Assembly (NCBI GenBank): GCA_013115145.1
Contig: JAAPAO010000341.1
Coordinates: 1-37,876 of the forward strand
Origin: Perkinsus chesapeaki ATCC PRA-425
Taxonomy: Eukaryota; Protista; Perkinsozoa
Direction: 5' to 3'
DNA: 37,876 nt
Shown: positions 1 to 9,363 of the stretch, piece by piece
How positions within the stretch are numbered: position 1 is the first letter of the stretch
Layout of the letters: every line of letters starts with the position of its first letter
Position numbers and translations under genes: made by a program
Notes under the pieces: model-generated
The model's database searches: none
What the model was told of the DNA's origin: nothing
Seen by the model: only the letters and a program-made list of their open reading frames with translations

Positions 1-464
1 GTGGTAGTACCAAGGGCATACCCAAGGAGCGCGATAAGGTACATCGCGTGAGCAGGAGACGCACATCGACACTTCATTATTTGCGAGATTTGCTTGTAAG
101 GATGCTTTGAATCAAAGCCTTTGATCCCTCAAGGATTTCCAGGCGGAACTAGCGCCACCAGGCGGCGAACACGTCGTGCGACATGAATCGGGTGCCGACT
201 CGGTAGTACCGAGTCTAAATATGAAAGAGGGCTATTACGCTTCGTTATCGGACTCAGGTCGATACGGGGGCAAGATCTAAAAGCGATTTGATAAGAAAAG
301 ACACTTGTGCACATGCCTATCCGCAGAGGTCCTCTTCGAATAGTCCTCGGCCAGAGGACAGTGCCACACGACCGGTGCGATCTGCTCAGTAAGTTACTGA
401 CAGTAACCGTATTGTGCGCGGCAATGAAAACAGGTGAGTCACCGGCTATCTAAAGTAGAACCTG

Positions 465-1114
465 TTTCTGTAGAATTAGGCTTCAGGTAAAGGCGTGTAC
501 ATTTTATTATGTGTATTATAGATCATCATTATATCACGGACAGGTCTATTAATACTAAAAAGGTACAACCGGATCCGGTGTCCCTACACGTAACCGGAGA
601 GAACGGGCAACTTCGCGCATAATGTACGCCTCACGTGAATTATTCACGATGAATGAATTTGATCTTTGTTAGAGACTCGAGTTGATTCGAAGGAGAACGA
701 ATCCATTAGTTCGACTTCACTAGGAATGAGAACGTCTTCAGCCTTTCCCGACATTAACCAGGAGGTTCGAAAACCCCTCGCCATCACCAGCTCCGGGACA
801 GCCCCACACATTGTGGCTGTATTGTGAGTCACAATTTGTGACACAATATGTTGTGTGCCACATAGCATGTGTAGAATAAATACTATCCATTGAATAGAGG
901 TTTCTCGGGCGTTCGAGCAACTCGCAGTTTTACAAGCAAAGATTCTATCCTTCTTATCCAAGTTCTCAAACTCCCTTCATGACACATGTATAACAGTGAA
1001 ACGTCGTCGCAAGGAGAATCCTCATATCACCATTGTAAACAAAGGGCAATGGTGAATCAAACCACGTCTCTATCAGAGTCGGACGCAGCCGCGTCGAATG
1101 AACTGGAATCGTTG
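465..1114. repeat. Diverged direct duplicate of 4774-5339, carrying an orphan copy of the last 17 codons of the 5282-7038 gene
   Basis: Colinear shared blocks such as aattaggcttcaggtaaaggcg (474 / 4783), cacggacaggtctattaatact, gctccgggacagccccacaca and tatcagagtcgga. Minus 1057-1110 reads DSSSFDAAASDSDRDVV* versus DSSSFYTAASDSDSDDI* in the intact gene. This copy carries several extra insertions. Confidence 0.9.
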
Positions 1115-1711
1115 TGCTGGACTCAACAGTTGTGTTCTGTACTGTCTACTTTTTGTGTATGATGTGCCAGTCATTGTGCGATAAGCCGCATACCTTAGCG
1201 AAACGCTAGTAACTTCACTATTAATCATTTATGAGTTTCAATGTTGTGGTAGTTTTTAGAATCATCTTACATCTTCTGTAAGTTAGGCGGTGTTTTGACA
1301 AAGCAAAACAGTTTTGTTGAGTACTGCTGATCATCAGACCGTCATACTCTACCGGGATACTGTTCATTGCGTTCAACGAGTACTCCAATATAGATGAGTA
1401 CTCGAGTATCCTCCAGTAGTCAGGTCAATGAGATTGACCTAGGGAAGATCCGTGAGTTCACAGAGAGATTATTGGCGTTGACACGTACTCATGTTACTTA
1501 TTTCCTGAAGTGTATTCTCTTTGCCGAGATCAGTTGAAGCTAGACATACTGCGAGGCCATTTGGTACGGCTCAAGGTGATCCTGGACCAGGATTCCTGGT
1601 ACGTTTCCGACTTCTACAAGGAGACCTATTGATAATCGCCCATTGCGAATCTCTATGGTAGTACTGTAGGAATTACGCGAGCCGCTCGCGAGAGTTGTGC
1701 TGATATGAGCG

Positions 1712-1911
1712 GGTGTAAAAAGTGGACGAGTTGGCACTGGATGAATTGGTATAAACTGGTGTCCGAGTCGGTACCGGATGAGTTGGTAGTGGCCTGCGGG
1801 CGCCGAGTTGGTACCTCATCTCGTCCAGTGTACGAGATGGTCCATAGGCGAGCTGGTCCGTGGACCAACTGATCACTGGACCAGTTGGCAGTGGACGAAT
1901 TGGACTACACC
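1712..1911. mobile_element. Possible MITE-like non-autonomous element with degenerate ~15-bp internal repeats
   Basis: Begins GGTGTA (1712) and ends TACACC (1911). Internal units resemble gtggacgagttggca: 1722, 1737 ctggatgaattggta, 1774 ccggatgagttggta, 1876 ctggaccagttggca, 1891 gtggacgaattggac, plus one inverted unit near 1860-1870. No target-site duplication found. Confidence 0.4.
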
Positions 1912-2514
1912 GACCCCCTTCAGCCTGTGTACCGCAATTCCCATTCCCCCTTCTTCTTCACCCACACGAGATGGCACCATCACCAGAGGGTTTGGTCCGA
2001 ACCTTAGTCACATTGAGGTGAATTTTGCCTCTTTTCTCTTGTCTGCCTCTATCAGTAGATGCTCAACTGCAGGTGTTTGCTGCTTGTGAAATATCAGAAT
2101 TCTAACCCGTCGCAACGTGCAAGGCGACATCGCTACTCCCAGCCCATACGATGTCAACTATTCTTACGTGAGACCCAACCACACAATACGTACCACACTG
2201 GCCACCAGAGACTGGCGCAAAAATGCTCCCCATAATGTAGGATGTCTAACGTATAATCCCTAGCTGTACTCCAATATCCGGATACACTGGATCCACTGTG
2301 AGATAAATATATACAGTATCAGCTACAGCTTGCATTCTAGGACCGCTTGGCTACGGTAACTGCACTGGCACCACTCTAGCCACACAATATAGTAGGAATC
2401 CTGACGAAACTTCGGGGTGACATGTAAGTTCCGGGCGGCCTTCATTGGGGAGCAGGCGTGCTAATGCGTTCAACGACTATCGGAGCACTACGTAAATTCC
2501 GTTGTGAAGTTGTG

Positions 2515-3597
2515 ATGAAGCTTTCAACTATCCTGATGGTCTTGGCTGGTTGGTATTCTCCAGTTTACAGTCAGATATCATTACCCTTCAAAGACAAAAC
2601 TGTTAAGGGATTGTCATTCGATGGTCAGCCGCTGAAAATGCTGGTCGATACTGGGATCAGTGGAACCTATATCTTGTACAAGGAGTGGTATGAGAGAACC
2701 TTCGGGAAGGGCGCCTGTAAGCGTACGGTATGGGGTTGCTATTCATGTCCTGGCGAGTGCAATCCTTATAGTAGAGAGAAGGGGAACAACAACTTCAATG
2801 ATGGCGGGTCGATAATCCATGTCTCACATGACGGCGTGGTCAAGATTGGAAAGTACGAGTTGAAGATGCAGTTTCGTTTGATTATCGGATATTCTGTTGG
2901 TACTGAAGTGCCTGACTGGAAGCCGCCTAATATCTTCGGTCTTGCTTCCGCTACCCCTCGCAGGACGACGGTCGTTAGTCAGCTTTACAAAAATGGTATT
3001 ATCAAGCGAAATACGATATCTGTATGCTCTCCTAGTTATCCGCAGAAATATCGAGGAACTGTGATACTCGGTGAATGGAATGGGCTGTGCGCTATCAAGT
3101 CTAATGTTACCACAATTCCAATGGGCAAGTCTCATTCTGAAGGACACCTTCTCTCGGATCTGTCCTCTTATGGTCTGGTGAGTTCTACAGGACAAACTTA
3201 CACGCAACATCGACGTACTACCGCCGTATATGATACGGGCACGGTAGGTCTTTATATCCCAAAGTTCATCTTCGAAGACCTCCTGAGCAAGATCGCATCT
3301 TTCGCAGGGCCCGATGTGTACCTCAAGACTAGGAATGGATATTGGTATATAACAGCCAAACGGCGCAGATACTTCCCGACACTAACCTTCTCTGTTGGAG
3401 ATTCGCAGCATCCTCTTGTTATACGCACTCCGCCCGAGAAGTACACCTCGGACTATGATAAAAAATGGTATAAAATATTAATCCGGTATTACGATCGGCC
3501 TGAAATCATTCTCGGTCGATCTTTCTTCACAACTTACTTCTCGTCTTATGACCTAGACTCACGAACTATTAGTATTGCTGAATATGCATCCGGCTAA
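2515..3597 (+). CDS. Secreted pepsin-like (A1 family) aspartic protease, intronless, 360 aa
   Basis: Signal peptide MKLSTILMVLAGWYSPVYS from ATG 2515; two catalytic motifs LVDTGISG and VYDTGTVG; IFGLA and ILGRSFF psi-loop motifs; GTVILG. Confidence 0.92.
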   Translation: MKLSTILMVLAGWYSPVYSQISLPFKDKTVKGLSFDGQPLKMLVDTGISGTYILYKEWYERTFGKGACKRTVWGCYSCPGECNPYSREKGNNNFNDGGSIIHVSHDGVVKIGKYELKMQFRLIIGYSVGTEVPDWKPPNIFGLASATPRRTTVVSQLYKNGIIKRNTISVCSPSYPQKYRGTVILGEWNGLCAIKSNVTTIPMGKSHSEGHLLSDLSSYGLVSSTGQTYTQHRRTTAVYDTGTVGLYIPKFIFEDLLSKIASFAGPDVYLKTRNGYWYITAKRRRYFPTLTFSVGDSQHPLVIRTPPEKYTSDYDKKWYKILIRYYDRPEIILGRSFFTTYFSSYDLDSRTISIAEYASG

Positions 3598-3601
3598 GAG
3601 C

Positions 3602-4791
3602 CTAGAAGATACTGAGATCTGCTGGATGACTCAAGTTCCCCATCGTAATGGTACCCTGTGTCTCGTTTGTGATGGTTTCGCTCACGTTTATTCTAGCGGT
3701 TGAGCGAAAAGGATCATTTTTATTGACTCCTACTACGAGTAGCACAGTGTAGTACTTGATCCAGGTAAGGTGTATCTTCTGAGTTGATAAATTCACTGAC
3801 TACGGGTTCGATCCAGGCAGACGTCATTTTCGGTCTGCTAAGCTCACATCCATGTATGCAGCTCGAAAACTTCCAACTTGGAAATTCCAAGTAACACTTC
3901 ACAAGGAGTATTGGTAACCCCAATTAAAGAAGTAGAGAGAATAAGATAATCAGATCTATCAGATCATAATCTGACTATCGAAGATCTTGAGCTAACCGGT
4001 GTACCTTTGACCAGGAAACCAGCGACTAGTGCATCAAGGCCACTCTCCAATGGAATATAGTTACCCAAGAGATTATCTTTGCCACCTCCAACAACACCAG
4101 TACCACCGAATGTGGCAGAAAGTAGTTCAGTTTTAGCAGCTTTGAGAGATACTTCACCAGAGAGAACATAACCGCAAGCTATCTCAACCACACCTGAGTA
4201 GTGCCGAGGATTACCACCATCGAGGATCTCAAGTTTTGCAGTAGCGTCCAGTCTAACCTCACCGTCTGTAGAAAAGACAACGGCAGATCCACCACCTGAA
4301 ATATGGAGGTCAACCGCCTCCGCTTTCTTCTGAACAAGATTTATTCCAGCACTGATTCTAGTGGAGTTAGGGTTATAGTGGTCCTACAGAGATCCCAATA
4401 CGTCAACGTAATGCAGGCCGTCTCTGGTGTCCAGAGTGGCATGAACACAGAAGATATCATCATGCGTCTTCTTATCCAACATGCAATCCGTAGGGAACTT
4501 AAAAGTGATTGCAAGTAGCCCCCTTGAAGTTGGATCGTTCTTAAAGAAGGCCTCGGCCGCAGAGTTTGGTTTGATTGTAAAATACTCAATGGGCTGGAAG
4601 GTAGCAACTTTGTTTTGTGCTCCTGGGCGAAGGCGTCTCTTCGGTAATTTGAACTTGAACCAATCCAGGTCATCCCAACGGCCCTCATATGATTTATATA
4701 CATGACGCTCATCCTCAGTAATGTAGTGTTCATTAAAGGGTGATGGGTTGACCTGTTGTTTGTTACCAGCGTCTTTCCGTACAATTAGGCT
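3602..4791 (-). pseudogene. Disrupted intronless gene of unknown function, beta-rich and Gly-rich
   Basis: One minus frame reads about 275 codons (RKDAGNKQQ...VDVLGSL*DHYNPNST...SSIVRL*) with a single internal TAG at 4384-4386. After a frameshift near 3950 it continues with further stops to ...HPADLSIF* at 3602. Confidence 0.55.
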
Positions 4792-5339
4792 TCAGGTAAA
4801 GGCGCGTCATCGACTCATTATGTGTATGATTGTTCATCATTATCTCACGGACAGGTCTATTAATACTGATAATGTACGACCGGAGACGGTGTTCCTACAC
4901 GAAGCCGGAGAAAACGGGCAACCTCGCGCACGTGAATGTATTTCATCTCTGTTAGTGATTTGAGTTGCTCCGAAGGCACTAGGAGTGAGATCATTTTCAA
5001 CCTCTCCCGAGATCAATCAGGACAGCTCCGGGACAGCCCCACACAATATATAACATGAATTACTATCCACTAAATAGCGGTTTCTCGGGCGTTAGAGTAA
5101 CTCGCAATTTTACGAGCAAGGGTTCTATTCTCCTTCTCATCTGAGTTTTCAAACTTTCTTCATCATGCATAACAAACGCAAAAGAATGACCATTGTTGGA
5201 TTTAACATTGTATAACAGTGAAACGTCATCGCGAGGGCAATCATTATAATACTATTGTAAATGAAGGGTAACAATTGTGAATCAAATATCATCGCTATCA
5301 GAGTCGGATGCAGCCGTGTAGAAAGAGCTGGAATCATTG
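4774..5339. repeat. Partner copy of the 465-1114 duplication: 3' end and downstream flank of the 5282-7038 gene
   Basis: Colinear similarity with 465-1114. Confidence 0.9.
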
Positions 5340-7038
5340 CTATCTGAGGACGGTGGCTCAGTTTCGGTCGCAACGTCAACTAACATCTCTCCGGCGGCGC
5401 CGCCTCCGCTTTGTGGTGTGCTGCCCACCGATGACATGTTGTTCACAATATCGTATACATCTTCTTGCCAGAATGCCTCCTGACGTTCTTCCAACTCGAA
5501 GACTTTCCTCTGGCTTTCCTTCAACTCCTTTCGTAGCTCTCGAATCTCCCGTTTCAAGGTCTCTATTCGAGCAGCCATCGCTTTCGCCTCAGCAGCGCTT
5601 TTGCTGTGCCGCGAAAACAAGTGACGTCCGGCGGTGTTGGCCTTCTGTAGCCAAGTCTCTTCTTCGACATCGGCGTTCACGTCTACTGGATTTTCACCAG
5701 CAATGGAGTCAATACGGATTCGTCTGATAGGCGAAGTAACTAAACTGCACACTGGGAAATACATTCAGGACGCATAACGGGCATACCTCCGCCGTGCAAA
5801 CGACCTGGGGAACTAGTTGGTGATGCTATCGAGTGATATAGTGTCTCTGAAATTGAAATTCACCAGAGAACGAGGCTGAGAGGATTACCTGGCGAAGGAG
5901 CCCAGGATGATGCAAATGAAGATGAAGGAGCGCTGGGTGTCTCAACGCCTGAGAAGACATAAAACATAAAATTTTAAGGGAAAATGATACATATACAAGA
6001 AGCAATAGGTACCAAAGATAGCGAGATACGGAACGACTTTGAGAGACAAGTCATAATTACACGCGCTTAAGGCCATAAATTCACGGGTTCACCAAACCGT
6101 TACAATGAATTACAGATGCCTCTTTCGAGGAACATATTTAAGCGAGCAGCAGCCGCAGCACATGAATAGATTTCAACGCTTACGTTATATACCTTATGCC
6201 ACAGTACCTTATATGTAGCACAGATTCAGTTCTACCATCAGAGCATGCGAGATTGCTCGGAGAGAGGGTCAAGTAACGTTATGAAGAGGAATGATAAACG
6301 ATCATGCATATCGCTGTTTTGGAATTGTGATAACGCATAAATGATATTAACTATATATATCGATTCTACATACTAGCAGTATGCTGTTCGCTCTCATTAT
6401 CATCTGCAACAACAACATCATCACGAAAGTCTTCTCGTCTAAACGGCTTCGGTGGGAGTTCCGGAGGCGGAGGATAGGGCGTAGGAGGGACCGTTCGAGC
6501 GTTGAGGAAGCGGGCTGAGGCACCTAATTGTAATAAAATTACAACGCCGCATTCCGGGATAGAACCGGGATCTCCATTACGCTGGTAAAGCTCTGGCGGG
6601 GCTAATATCGACCGAAGGGCCTCCGTGGCCACTGAACTGGTCGGAAATCTATCGGAAGTCCCCGAAGAAGACCGATAGCAGAAACAGCCCCCAGCTCCTA
6701 CAGGGCTACTATCAATAGTGGAAACTGAGCCTGCTTGTACGACGGTAATCGCGCGACACAAAAACTGTCCCCCTTACCTGATTCAGAGCCCTCTGTGATT
6801 TGATGGGCATCACCAGCGGCGACTGAAGCACGCTGAAGTAGAACTCTTTTGTAGAGTTGAAGGGACAGCCCGAGGCTCACCTTTGGAACTCCCGTTTCAC
6901 CACTACGATGGTCTTCGGTATTCAGCGACACTCCTCGATCCTGATACGGAAAATATGGTGTGAAGTTGCACGCATGCGCAAGCTTACTGCGATAGGATCT
7001 GGCGGAGATGTCGCCAGTTTCGGGTTTGTTGTTGACAT
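5282..7038 (-). CDS. Multi-exon hypothetical S/P-rich protein with C-terminal coiled coil
   Basis: Phase-consistent GT-AG exons traced by hand: 7038-6988, 6940-6881, 6832-6778, 6730-6374 (may hide further in-frame introns), 5948-5889, 5846-5787, 5739-5282. Starts MSTTNPKLATSPPDP; heptad segment AARIETLKREIRELRKELKESQRKVFELEERQE. Confidence 0.72.
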
Positions 7039-8052
7039 ATATGAACTAAACAAACTGAAATGGATGGTTTACACTAGTGGGGTCTCTGTCATTTGATCAA
7101 CAAGCTACCGAAAATCACAGAAAAATGCCGGCTAAAAGCACATTTAACTAAAACAATTTCAGCATGGGACTATTGATGCGCACGCACCTTTATTATTCTA
7201 CAGAGTAATAAAATATTATGAACAGGAGAAGTGGAGAACATTTGTGATGCCAATTGTGATGAGCAGGATTATTAGGAGTCATTCCTTTTGCCAACTGGTA
7301 TAGTACACTGATGTGGTGATCGGAATGCGATCAGTTACAAAGTAAAACTTCGAGCAGTCGGGAGCTGCTGCGGAAGTAGGCAAAGTCGCTACAGAGCGCA
7401 ATAACAACACGCTATTACCGAGGCGATAATTTTTAAACTGATACGATTTCACATGCAGGGAAATTGGAGACCAGAGGTCATCCAGCGGTAGAAACGAAGA
7501 CAAGATGGAGGTAGAACCGCTAATATCTAATAATAATAGAAATATAATAATATAATAATAGAACCGCAGAATACATGCAACTGAATGAAAGTCGTCACTT
7601 CGGCTACTTATAGTTATTACTGAGAGAAGACTAGTTCCGAAAACGGGTCAGGTCAGCAGACAAAGAGAAATATAATTATGAGCTCTAGCGGGTAATACGA
7701 TGCTTCAATGAGCTCCAGAACACAAATCGTGCTACAACTCAACGAACTCAACGCTCCTGTTAGTAATTGACACCTTTCTTTATGGACATGTGAATCAACT
7801 GCCACTCTCTCTTAATTCAGCGAGGTGTTCGGGACGAGGAGGCCTCTGAAGGGAACGAAAGATCCAAACCATTGGTCTCCCTGAAAATTTTGCGACTTCA
7901 ACGAGCGCCTTCTACGAAAATGTTTCAAGTTTGGGAAGTTGCTTTTAAATTAGGTCGCGAAGGATTGTGAGGAGATGCAAGAACAACTAAGCTCGCGTTT
8001 TTTTATATTATTATTCGATTCTATTATTCAACTGACAAAGTAGTAAATAAGC

Positions 8053-9363
8053 CTATGTAACCACCCCATTAAGACATTCAATTATCGAAGTAACACTAAC
8101 AGTTCTCACCAGCGCAGAACGGCCGTTCGTTGGGTATCGACTCGCTTTCGATTTGTCTCCTCCCCAGGAGATTTCATTCCTCAATGTGCCCACTTTTCTG
8201 TCTTCCATATATCGCGACTTCACAGGTGGTTTGGCCTCCCGCTTCACTTTTTCCTTCCCGGGCATGACGTACCCGGCTTTGAAATCGTTCGGATCCCAAT
8301 CTGCCGGATTTGTTTCCGGACTAACGTCAAGCACAGGAATGGGTCGAACTTCCATTCGAGGCTTCTCCTCGCCGACATTTTCTTTCTTGGGCGGTTTCGA
8401 AACGGTTGATCGATTTGAGCGCGATGCATCAGTCTCAGCCGTGTCGAGACGGCTGATCACTTTATCGAGCTCATCATCGGACCGCTCACCAGCGGGCAGA
8501 CCGAACTCGGGTGGGTCGGAAGCTTCGCTGTCACGCGAACTGTGATATTTATTAAATCGATCAACCGTTTCTTTTTGTGACAGGTGGCGGTTTGCTGGGA
8601 GATTTTCCGGCACATCGTCATAATGAGCAAATCGATTAACCGTTTCATCTTTGCGTGTGTTGGTGTCACGAGGCATTCTGCTATACTCTATGAATCGATC
8701 AACCGTTTCATGGTTATCACTGCCACGTTCAGAGTCATATTCGTTGGGCTCCTCCATCAATCTTCGAGACCTGTCTTGCTCATCAGACCGTGGATCAACC
8801 CTTCCATCTCTCTCCATGCCTGTCATACTGTTATATCCACCACCAAATCGATCAACCGTTTCATCTCTCTCCATGCCTGTCATACTGTTATATCCACCAC
8901 CAAATCGATCAACCGTTTCATCTCTCTCCATGTCTGTCATACTGTTATATCCACCAAATCGATCAACCGTTTCATCTCTCTCCATGCCTGTCATACTGTT
9001 ATATCCACCACCGAATCGATCAACCGTTTCATAACTATCACTGTCATGTCCTGTCCTATCACTTCCAGCACATGTCACCACCCCATCCGATCTGACAGCC
9101 CATCTATCGTCTCGTCTCGCCAACCGTTGTTTCCTCCTCCTTAGCAATTCTATCTCTCTTTCAACCTCACCAACTCGTGAATGCAAATCTCGCTCGCCGC
9201 CCGATGAAACCGTAAGATATTTTTCGGTACAACTTTCAACCTCGTCTTCTTCCTCTTGATCATCGTAATCACCATTTATATCCGGTGTATGATAATCATT
9301 ATCCTGTTCGCCTAAGTGACATGAACAGGAGCATTGGCAACATTCGAAGCTTTCGTAGAACAT
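8053..9363 (-). CDS. Acidic low-complexity protein with ETVDRF repeats and a short coiled coil
   Basis: 436-aa ORF with Cys cluster CCQCSCSCH, an acidic tract, coiled coil EVEREIELLRRRKQRL and seven ETV(D/N)RF units. Extra 5' exons (to 9565) and 3' exons are possible but unproven. Confidence 0.75.
   Translation of the reverse strand: MFYESFECCQCSCSCHLGEQDNDYHTPDINGDYDDQEEEDEVESCTEKYLTVSSGGERDLHSRVGEVEREIELLRRRKQRLARRDDRWAVRSDGVVTCAGSDRTGHDSDSYETVDRFGGGYNSMTGMERDETVDRFGGYNSMTDMERDETVDRFGGGYNSMTGMERDETVDRFGGGYNSMTGMERDGRVDPRSDEQDRSRRLMEEPNEYDSERGSDNHETVDRFIEYSRMPRDTNTRKDETVNRFAHYDDVPENLPANRHLSQKETVDRFNKYHSSRDSEASDPPEFGLPAGERSDDELDKVISRLDTAETDASRSNRSTVSKPPKKENVGEEKPRMEVRPIPVLDVSPETNPADWDPNDFKAGYVMPGKEKVKREAKPPVKSRYMEDRKVGTLRNEISWGGDKSKASRYPTNGRSALVRTVSVTSIIECLNGVVT
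8788..9030. repeat. Coding tandem repeat, 54-57 bp period (ETVDRFGGGYNSMTGMERD)
   Basis: Unit starts at 8788 (degenerate), 8845, 8902, 8956 and 9013; spacings 57, 57, 54, 57. Confidence 0.95.

Noticed and set aside
8554-9030. CRISPR array
   Set aside because: Eukaryotic context, no cas genes, 18-bp repeat, spacers of 36-78 nt that are partly clonal, and everything is in frame within an ORF.
8153-9144. Plus-strand ORFs (8153-8545, 8584-9144, 8651-9034, 8790-9095)
   Set aside because: Antisense shadows of the repetitive minus-strand ORF.
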